The notes under the pieces are model-generated. The model was given only the letters and a program-made list of their open reading frames with translations, made no database searches and was not told the DNA's origin. Positions 54,022 through 64,000 of a stretch of DNA of 64,000 bases are shown here, piece by piece. Location of the stretch: NCBI RefSeq assembly GCF_964204645.1, contig NC_134027.1:12432485-12496484 (forward strand), given 5' to 3'. Position 1 is the stretch's first letter, and every line of letters starts with the position of its first letter. The translations under genes were made by a program, and so were the position numbers. The stretch is from Tubulanus polymorphus. Lineage: Eukaryota; Animalia; Nemertea.

Positions 54022-57000
54022 TCATTGACGGCAGTATTTGAAATTTGAAAATTGTGAAGATGTGTTGCAGTATGTGGTCCATGGCTTCCAGGGGAGAGCG
54101 TATTGTAGGGGTATAATAGGCCACGAGGCATAAGTCTAGTTTTGTATATATACTAAGCTGCTAAGTAAGATACAGTTGTTTAGATGCAGCATCGTGAGAG
54201 GAGCAAAAATTATAGTTACAACTGACGTTAGTCTTACAACCGTCTCGTGCACCAGCAAAAGCTGGCGATCCCTTTCAAACCTTCAAATAGTATAATATTG
54301 TTGTATCACAACTCAATTTCTGAACCCAGAACCCTTGCTCGTGGTAACAAATTATCCGCTATTAGGGAAGGGCGTGTACCTCCCTGCTGGATCATGATAG
54401 ATATGCTACACTGTGAGCTCAGCCTCTCTGACAGATTTTCAGAATTGAAAACAATATTGGGGCAACAGAAGTTACTGTATAGATAATGGACTAAATGAAT
54501 TTTCAGTATGACAAAAGGTTGGCAGGTATATATGATATCTTAAATATTACTAATGCGGTTATAAGGAATTTCTGCTACTTTGCAGAAAATCCTATTGTTG
54601 TTCTCTTGATTTTTATGTTTTTCCCTCTTCTGCACTTCACTGAAAATGCATATAAAGTCTTCCATATATTACCACTATTTCTGTAAAAAGCAACAGATTA
54701 AAGTATATTATCCCTTAAATGGCAATGGTTACAAATCGTGGCATGTTCTTGCTGTATTGTTTTTATCCTGCAAGTATAAGATGGGGCTACAGACTGCGGT
54801 CAAACCAATTCAGTACGGATTTATTGCTTCTGAGTAACAGAATCCTGAATGCAGAAAACCCACTATCACTGCTTCGCCACTATTTTCCTAACAAAGACTT
54901 GGTAAACAAATATGCCTTAGAAATACAGGAATATGGCTTATCAATCTATACTTTACCGCAAAGATTTCCAAAATCGTTTCAAGGGAACTGAAATGCGGAC
55001 TTGACAGATCATCAGTATAGTAAAAACTAGTAGCCACATCTTTTTGACCAAATTTTACATCACTTTTTAAATCGGTTTTCGCTGATTCATTGGGCTTGTC
55101 CTTGTTTCAAAACTGACATCTCAGCGATGGGAATTGATTTGTTTATTGGAATATCTCAAGTAGTCATCAGTACATGCTTTAACTTCACCACAGTATGCAA
55201 GACAAATTCCAGTCTCTAAGGGGTGTATTAACGGGTGTATCTCTAAGTCTCTATGTGTCTATTATATACATATCTTAGTTTTTTTACCTCAATATTGATT
55301 TCTGCGCCTTCGTTTTGCCTCGCGAATTTTGGTTCATTTCATCATGAAATTATACAAATAGAACAATTCCACCGAGAAAAAATCTAAATTTATAGACTTT
55401 CGAACTGTCAATTTCCACCTAATTTTAGTATCAGAAAAAAACTGGTCGTAGAATTTGATTATATTCATTACAGTTAAATCAAGTGGTATGTTTGTATCTA
55501 TTACTGTGATGATTATGGGTATAGATATCACTAATAGCAGAGATCCCCAGCGTTTTCCAACATATTCAATTGACTGTCAGGCATTTACAGTATATCTCTA
55601 TCAGCGGAAACAGACCGAAAAGAGAGACAGAAACCGAGGCAGAATAGCAGAATTATATTGATTTATATTCGAGCTGCTTAATAGTTAGTAGTTATGGGCT
55701 TGTTCCCCCTGGAGGATACAGTTTGAACCATCCTAAATCCAACTGCCATAAATCAACATTTACAGCAACTGCAATGTTTTACTTCAATACGTACTAGAAA
55801 AATTGATCCACAAGATTTTTTTCATCGGGACATCTTCGATTCGTAGAATTAATTTCAAGGATTGAATTCGGCTCCTTAGATAGATATGGAAATAAAAGGC
55901 AGATCAGCTCTAAAATGTCTTCTTCGAGTCGTCCCGGATTGAATGAGCTATTTTGCCTTAGAAATATTGCTACAACAAAGATTTTGGAAAATGGAATGGT
56001 TTTAAGTAAATTTGTTTTTCTTCGATCGAAAGAAATCTTGATCGGAGAGAAGTGGTGTTCATTTTTGAGTGGATGAGTCAAGTTCTACGATTCTGTTAAA
56101 AGTGAGTGGCACGTTTCAAGTTTCACACAGATTGAATATCTCCCAACGATTCAAAATGTGTTTCTTGACATCCTCGATTTGTACTTGTAGAGGAGGATAA
56201 AAAGAGTAGTAGAAAAAGAAACTCTTGAAGCATAGTGAGAGGCAGATGTTCTGGTTTACATTTGAACTCTATTGAAAAAGTATTGATAAGTTTACTTTTT
56301 TTACACTCAGTCTCGTTTGATCAAGTGTTTCAAAGCTGTTCAAAGCAAAAAGTCTGCCAGTTATTATAGATACAACATATCCGTTATGAAGCTGTTACAC
56401 TATTTTCTTAACTATTTACGTAACAATTTAAGATATCTAAGTTCAATATTTATTTTTACCCCTTGTTATTTTCTGATGAACGAATATTGAAATCATTCTC
56501 AAGTTAGTTTTCAAACGTGCCTTTTCCGGTTTTCATTGCCAGATAAACTGATGGATTGGGTGCACTTAGGTCAAGGATATATATATCGCGAACGTTTTTA
56601 TCTTATTGATATTTTGGCATAATTAAGTGCCAGTTCTGGGGAATTCTGGATAAGATATGTCAACCACATTTATCATGCTTGAAGAGTTTCTGTAATCAAG
56701 CTTGACTGAATATCACTTGGCAGCCATGTGGTTGTCAAATGGAACATTACACTATAAAGAATAACACTGAATTATTTTAGATTCGAACTACCGGTAACCT
56801 TTTAGCAAGTGAAAACACTGGTCATTAGGTGCGAGGTACATATAGTCGTTGAACATGAATCACCAAAGTCGAAAAATGAAATTTGTGCTAACCATACATT
56901 AGTCATTGGTTACTTTTATCCTCAGCAAGTTTTTCATTACTAAACCTCAATAGATATCAGTGTTTTATTCATGTTCTTTTCATGCATGGTCATTTTGCAC

Positions 57001-57504
57001 ATATCTCGAGGGTCATTGAATGCCATGTTGACATCCATTGAAGGAACGATATATCACTTCATCATTACTGTTGCCAAGTCAAGCGTTCTTCAAGCCTTAT
57101 CTAAATACTACATAAATTATTAGCAGCACTGTGCTGTTACCTTCCAGGTTTCCAAGACTTTTTTGAAAGCAATGAGGCCAGTTCCCAATTGTTCAGTCCT
57201 TATATACAGTGACCCCAAGCCGATGAAGGGCATTTACGCATTAACTATGGTATTCCTTGCAAGAAAATTTACTCTTCCGTAGGGAACACTATCTTCTTAG
57301 CCTGACCTGGTTACTCGTCCATCGGTTTTATGTCCTGAAACTTTGCTAAAACTAATGCTGATAATCAAAGTTCATATATGGAATCATCAAAACCCTTTGA
57401 GGATAGCACATGATATTGATATATGACAAATCTTTATAAACAAAGATTTATCAATGAAGTATTTCATTTCAAAGTAAAACATAAGCCTTAATCACATTTT
57501 TTAC

Positions 57505-57703
57505 ATTGGCCAAATTTGGCCTGAACAAATAATGGACCAAGCCCATCCAATTTTTGCCTGGTTTAATATCATTCTGCATGAATGCTGATTGGTTCTGCAA
57601 GTGACTCAAATTATCGTTTTGATGGCATTCTAGTTACGGGTGAATGAGTAACGTGTGAACGCACTCTCGGGTATGGTCAGTTCGATCCATGTAATCGCTG
57701 CTT
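57505..57703 (-). mobile_element. MITE family A, degenerate, reverse orientation
   Basis: ggccaaatttggcc, gtgtgaacgcactctc and a terminal gtaatcgctgct. Further fragments near 47300-47530, 48165-48202 and 59335-59490. Boundaries approximate. Confidence 0.55.
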
Positions 57704-57887
57704 CATACCAACCTAGTTCTTTAGATTAAGATTGGATTCTTCTGGCTTTTGGTGATTCTTATTCAGTAGAGATGGATTGAAGTAACCACCCAGTACTCAA
57801 GAAGGTGATCAATCATTGTCCATGCTTAGAAATCAAGGCCACTGGCTAAATAAAATTGATCTTAATGAGCCCTAAATATGAACATAA

Positions 57888-58352
57888 AGCCTAGCGCACA
57901 TCGACAAAGCGACTGGAGACAACTAGTTGCTAGTGAGCGAGTACCCCACGCACATCGAAAATTTAGTAAAAACCAGCAACTGCGTGGCCCATGCCGGTCG
58001 CTAGGTCCATAGCGCACACATCGACAGCAACTGAGATGTGGTTTAGCAAATATTCTTGAGGGCATCACAAGTCACGTGACAAATAGCTTTGTTTTAGTCA
58101 GTTACAACCATGTGTTGTTGATTATGGAGCGCTCACATCGACGGATATGAGAGCAACTGAGTACAACTAGTTGCTCAAAAGTAGAACATGAGCAACTGGG
58201 TGGAACTGGAGATAGATGGACGCTAACCAGTCGTAAGCTCGCTCACATCGACAAATTCGAGCAACTGATTGTATCCAGCCAGTTGCTCTCATGCGCCGAA
58301 AACTGCCTGGCAACTAGTTGTCTCCAATCGCAGTGTCGATGTGCGCTAGGCT
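57888..58352. mobile_element. Harbinger-like MITE family B
   Basis: TIR of about 43 bp, AGCCTAGCGCACATCGAC...GTCGATGTGCGCTAGGCT, with a TAA duplication at 57885-57887 and 58353-58355 and internal repeats of gc(g/t)cacatcga. Confidence 0.9.
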
Positions 58353-61300
58353 TAACAATTCATGTCAGTGTCTTACATGTGCAGGTAGGTACTCTTATCT
58401 CTGGAATAGCGGTCTTCATTCTATTCATGGTCAATCTGTATAGACTCGTTGTCTGAGCATCTCATTCTCACGAACTCCAGAATATTGTTTCAACACATGG
58501 TCAGTGACAACATTGCACGAATTGGTTTTGCCATGCACAACAGCAGGCTAGTTGAATCATCAAAACATTCTGTTTCATGTTTTGGGATTATTTCCTGCTC
58601 TGTGCACGCTAGGCTTGGCGAAACATGTATACCTTGGGCTATTGAAATGGTTGGAAGATATTCTATTTAAATGGAGTCAGATTTTCAGAGAAAAAGCACC
58701 TTCACCCGTTAAGGGATTCAAACTGACTAAGCTTAAGCCCTTCCTTTAACCCCTTGACCTCCTGACTCATTGGAGTCATCAGCTGACCAGAATTCAGCGA
58801 TTGTAACAAACGGTATTAGGCGTTACATCTCTGTAATATGACATCATGCCCAAGAGCACCAGTAATGATATCGCGCGTTGTGAGGCCAGGGGGCTGGCGA
58901 AAGCGAGTTCAGGAGCAATACTGGCGCCCTGGCAAGCTAGGCTGGAGAAAAAGCAAAGAACCGGAACAGAATTTCAGATGTTATCTAAGATTGAACTTTA
59001 AATGAAATGATTACTTTTACCGGACACTTTGAAAGTCATCATGATCCGTGATTTAACAATAACGCTGAATACATCTCCATCGCGTGCATACAGTTGCCCT
59101 TCTAACAAATTCTTTTGGTATTTATTCACAATATCAGGCGAAGGAACATTTATACGACTAATTGCTATTTATTGTAGAATAGCTAGATGATTAGATTTAG
59201 TAACTCAAGTCTAGTAAATATTTGTCCATGGTGGAAATAGATTAGTGCAGATTGTTTGTCGAACGCGAGCATGAAAATCACTAGCAGTGGTTTACAAGTA
59301 GACAGGTACCCTGGTATGTATCGGCAATATATATATTGGCACTGGCAAATTTGGCACTTGCTTTTGTTCAACGTTATTGGTCGGCAAATTTGACCTATGT
59401 CTAACAGGCACAAACTCATTTGGTACCAATGTGAACCGTTAGCCTGGGCTTTATTTGGCACAGGCCAAATATGCTAGTGTGAATGCAGCTAAGCTTGCGC
59501 AATTGTGGCTAATGAAACGTGTCAGATTCATCAAAGCTCGAGAGATATTTTCCAATGTTGCATCATGGAACCCATCAACTACAAAATGTGTACATGTGCA
59601 GCCCTTAGGGCAGAAATGTTTTGTCTTTGGTCATTAAGACATTCGGTCATCCGTGAACAAAAGCTGGTAACTCAATAGACATCCAAACGCAGTACCAAGG
59701 AAGGTACATAATGATACTTGTCAACTGAGGGAAACTGGAGTAGACTTGATGAGTGAAAACCTGTTCGATATCTATCCATACCCAGCAGCAGCAAAGAATA
59801 TATCATTACCACGATTCAATTGATGATACGAGGTAAAAAAATTCAATACAGATTCACACTATAGAAATTTAATGAAATTGTGTTAACATTCAATATGTGC
59901 ATAAGGATTTATATGTGCATAAGGTCTGAGTGTTGTAACATCACAACGGTTTCTACAGCATTTAACTGCTAAAATGAATGGCACGATTTTTCCTTCAGCA
60001 TCGCTTGCCAGCTTCCAATAAACGCTGTATTTGATTACAAGATGGTACACATTTCAATGTTTTGCTTAGAAGATCAATAGCCCAATAGATGAGAGAATAT
60101 TATTATGAGACCTTTTTGCGAAGAAGAAAGGCATCCTGTGCCTCAACTCAAAAGTGAGGCATGCCAAATGATGGATCACTGATATTGCCACATTCCTCAT
60201 TTAGATGAACACTTCATCGTCATCAAGTCGATTATTAGATCTATGTTATTAATAGGAGGATTTTTTGCACGCTTATGGCTGCTATCTGCTGAACTGGTAC
60301 AACAGCTATTTTTTAAGTTGAGTACAATTGCGGTGGCCTCATACCCCAAAAACATATTTCTAGCATATAGTGACTTACAAAATTACAGTAAGTAGATTGT
60401 CTCTATTGCTGTGGTTCCTCGGTTGGTACAGCAAATGACAGAGGTTCGACTATTCATAGGGAATAAAGTATTCTTACGTTCTACAGTCTGCTACCTAGTA
60501 CAGATGGGTGATTTTTAGTCACTGGTTGCTGCGATCGGTGCTAGAAACAACTCATGAGCAATTGGTCACTCAGTGTCTCCTGTTTGTTATCACAGGAGAC
60601 TAGTAGCGATAATTTGTTTCCCAGGGAACATCTGTATCATCTTTTATTGTCCTATGAAATCCTGCTTAGTATCTAGAAATCACAAACAAAAACACCTCTA
60701 AAACGTATCACATTTTCTGAAACACCTTGTATAACCTTCTCAAAGAACTGGAATTGGAGGATGGCCCGTTGTACTGCTATTTTCATATGAAAAAAAGAAT
60801 TACTTGTCAAATAGATGCAGCCTTTTGGCTCACATTTCAAGGAGAAAATCCTCCTTTTCAACAGTTATCATTACAAAAGTTGGTACTTAGATACTTCTTA
60901 CAAGATGTCTTCAGCGACCTATAAGATTAATATGTCCCACCTAGGCAGCGCTTTTGAAAAATGTCTTTATCTCTTGAACCAATAGACCGATTGTGATGAA
61001 ACTTGGTTCACAGATAATTTTATCTAATAATAATCGATGCCCTATAGTGATTAGTTCATGTTCTTTCCACTAGGGGGCACTATGGTAAAATGCCTATTCA
61101 TCTAGATTCATCTTTTCTGCAAACCTACTATTATGGCATAGAGCATATCATGTCTACTAGGAAGTGTTATCATTAAATCTATTTATATAGACTACTGATT
61201 GTCTGAATCCTACGAACATTTGTACACGTAGGCGTAGCAATAATGATACTGCATTCACAGAAAACCTGTTTTCTCTTTCACGCAAGAATCTCAAAAAATA

Positions 61301-63391
61301 CATTTCTTTCTCTGTCGATTCTCAATGCCCACAGAGGTAACACTTTTTGATTCACTTTCACAGTCGTGTATGAACTCTGAATCAGCATCAGCAATATTAT
61401 GACTATCATCAGAATTTTAAGACTTCTCAGTGTCATTGCACTTAACATCCATTTCAATTAATACGATGTTAAAAAAGTTGCAAGAAACATGACTGTAGTG
61501 ATACATTTTATTCTCTCTCTCTCTCTATAGTGAAGTTTGTGCCTCCCGTGCACTGTCAACTCTGACTCGATTCAAGCCAGTTTTCCCAGAATTCGTGAAT
61601 TGCAACATACAATTTTAGCGACACCATTAATGAGGTACATTTGTCCATCACAGGCGTGTATAGCACTGTAAAACACAAAATGCTTACTTGGATGAGTGCT
61701 GAAACGACTAATTTCATTCAGCGGCTGTGCTTGCAAGTCGAGTTAGATCGGTAGCAAGAGGGTTAACGATACGAAGTCATGGATACCATGATACCTTTAG
61801 CCTTTTACTTCGAATTTGGGACGAATGAATGGCAGTACTAACTGCCCGAATACTTCCATTTAAAAAAAAAGATTCAATGGAATTTTGTTGATCTATAGAT
61901 ATTGTGATTTTCATACCTAACATTTACAGAGCCACATACGTACAGTATATATGTAACTCTGAATAATCATGGATCAAACTTCTCTCCCTATCCCTCTCTA
62001 TTGAATACCACAGGTCTCAGATTATTGGTTATTGATCGCAAATCAGAAATTCTAGACTCGTACAATCAGTGCCAATGAGGATGAGATGACAGTAGTATTG
62101 TTATTAATAGCAAGCAACCTGACACGAATAATCTCCCAACATCTTTTTTTCATCAGAATCGTTGGCATTCGACAAAATACAATATGATTCAAATATCAAC
62201 CCATCGCCCGACTGACTGACCAGGTGAAAACTAAGCAAAGCTTCTTCATATCTCTGGTGTGGTGAATTCCTCCAGCTGGATTGTTGATGCGATCCTCATC
62301 TCACGGGACTAAACTGAAAAATTATACAGAAACAATTTCTGTTTATTGTTGTGATGTTGCAGGGACGTGGGCAAAAGCTCATACAGGAAATGACAGCTTA
62401 TAGAAATAGAGACCGTCTTTGACGTCAGCAAATCATGTGTCTCATATTTTGGCACCTGGATATAAGTTGTCCATAGAGATAAGAATCCACCACGCAGAAT
62501 GTATCAAATATGACAGTTACACTAGGGAACGATGATGGTACTCTTTGTAATCTCCACATTGATTTTTTTTTCAAATGATATAAATGTCAGATCATAATGC
62601 AAATGGGCATGTGAGTGCGGTATTTTGAAACATATTTTTAGAAAATTTGGACAACGCGGGGTGAAAATTGCTGGCATCTAGGCCAATTTGATTGATAAGA
62701 TGTGCAATTAAATGCAAGTCTTTGGGTCATTGCGTGTATTCTTGTAATAGCATACGCTGAATATTAATGAAGTATTTGCGTCAACATATCAGATCATCAA
62801 GATGTTAAGATTCGAGCCTATTGCGAAGCCTTGAATACCAAACAGGTTATAACTTACGGTCATTATCTTTAGTTGAATCCGTACTTGATTTAACTTTGTG
62901 ATTTAGGTGATGTTTTCTATTTTCAGGCCAGCAAGCGGTTCGAATTTAGATGCTACTATCTCGCTATGCGGCATAACACGTAATTGTACAAATCATGCCC
63001 CAAAGCATTTATCTATATTCTCTCATTCCAAAAAGCCTAATCATGGGCTTGCTTGCAAGGCCATTATTGCTATCACCAGATTTACTTTAAGCTGGGAAAT
63101 ACAATAACTTACGTTACAGACTTCGTAGGATGCTCAAACTTTCACAGATTTTATGCAGTTATCTAAGTAAGCTCCAAATCATTCAATTAGTAAATTGGTA
63201 GCTTTTTCATGAAATTGGAAACAAATCTGACCATTTTTGCAAGTTTTACTGTGGATATCTCATTCAGTGCAAACATTACGCGGTTATGCTGTATTAGTAT
63301 GTTAGCCACGTGTTTTGATTGTCGCAACATCATTCCCCCTCTAATCTGGACACTGATTTTATACAAACTAAAATTGAATGATTGGATTTAA

Positions 63392-63679
63392 CCCTTTCCA
63401 TGCGTCTACACTGCAGTGCGGTGTATGAATCGGTGATGGATTTTGCTAGTACACCGCACTGCAGTGTATTGATATAATAAGTTATTAGTTTTTATCACTA
63501 TTGAAAGATGGCAGCACCTGTCAATCATAATGAAATATTAGTAACTAACGATATGCCGCGCCGCAGTGTAGACGCACTATAGTGGTATTCCCGTTATTCA
63601 GAACATTAGGGTGGAATTTTTCAAAATGTTCAAATTATCTCCAGCACTATAGGGTATTGATTAGTCAGCACTGAAAGGG
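63392..63679. mobile_element. piggyBac-like MITE
   Basis: TTAA|CCCTTTC...CACTGAAAGGG|TTAA; second copy of 21411-21694 in the same orientation. Confidence 0.88.
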
Positions 63680-64000
63680 TTAATGGCCAGGTATCATTAA
63701 TGAACTTTGAATTGTCACAATATCACAAAATTATCCGTTATTGTTAAATATATTGATTCCATTTCAGTTTAATTTAATGAAAAAAGAATTGAGATTATTC
63801 AGATATCACGCAAATCATTCGAACTGATGAAAAAATCGGATATATTGATTCATAAGTACAACTGTCAGTGCAATATGTTAGTTGACCTTCCAAAGCGAAT
63901 ATTTGCATGTTGTCTTCGACAAACAAAATGACGAATGAAAGCACTATTTAACAAATATGACAGCAACTTGTAAAATGTTTTTAGATTTTTAATCCTAAAT

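Noticed and set aside
57888-58352. Spaced gcacatcgac repeats superficially like a CRISPR array
   Set aside because: Irregular spacing inside a MITE bounded by TIRs and a target duplication, in a eukaryotic intron, with no cas genes.
60400-60460. tRNA-like A and B boxes (also near 18153 and 42130-42190)
   Set aside because: No complete cloverleaf; at most SINE debris, so no tRNA gene is called.
62915-63107. Strong-looking acceptor ttctattttcAG as a candidate third Shal exon
   Set aside because: Phase-0 translation (ASKRFEFRC...) bears no resemblance to the conserved KARLARIR segment.

Overview
AT-rich animal genomic DNA with long spliceosomal introns, probably from a bilaterian invertebrate (the taxon is inferred from protein style and repeat content only). 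The window is dominated by one + strand gene, the A-type voltage-gated K+ channel Shal/Kv4 (KCND). Its first coding exon (13238-14351, ATG at 13246) covers the N-terminus, T1, S1-S5 and the pore helix. A 29.5-kb intron splits the GYG filter codon. A 163-bp exon (43833-43995) covers the filter and S6, and the next intron appears to run off the window end. Upstream on the same strand is a short terminal coding exon (3306-3365, DLETLSQEVMRLSAKDETK*) resembling the GRIPAP1 C-terminus, the same tandem arrangement I recall for human GRIPAP1-KCND1. Most interesting observations: (1) a diverged 316-bp copy of the Shal splice acceptor, start codon and N-terminal (KChIP-binding/inactivation) segment inside the intron, which could encode a 58-aa peptide or act as a poison exon; (2) the apparent GRIPAP1-KCND microsynteny; (3) RFX X-boxes beside a candidate divergent spliced small-ORF transcript; (4) an isolated AKASSGA-coding patch resembling the next Shal exon. 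The rest is MITEs (Harbinger-, piggyBac-, MULE- and hAT-like), LINE remnants, microsatellites and tandem duplications. Nearly all other ORFs in the supplied track look spurious.
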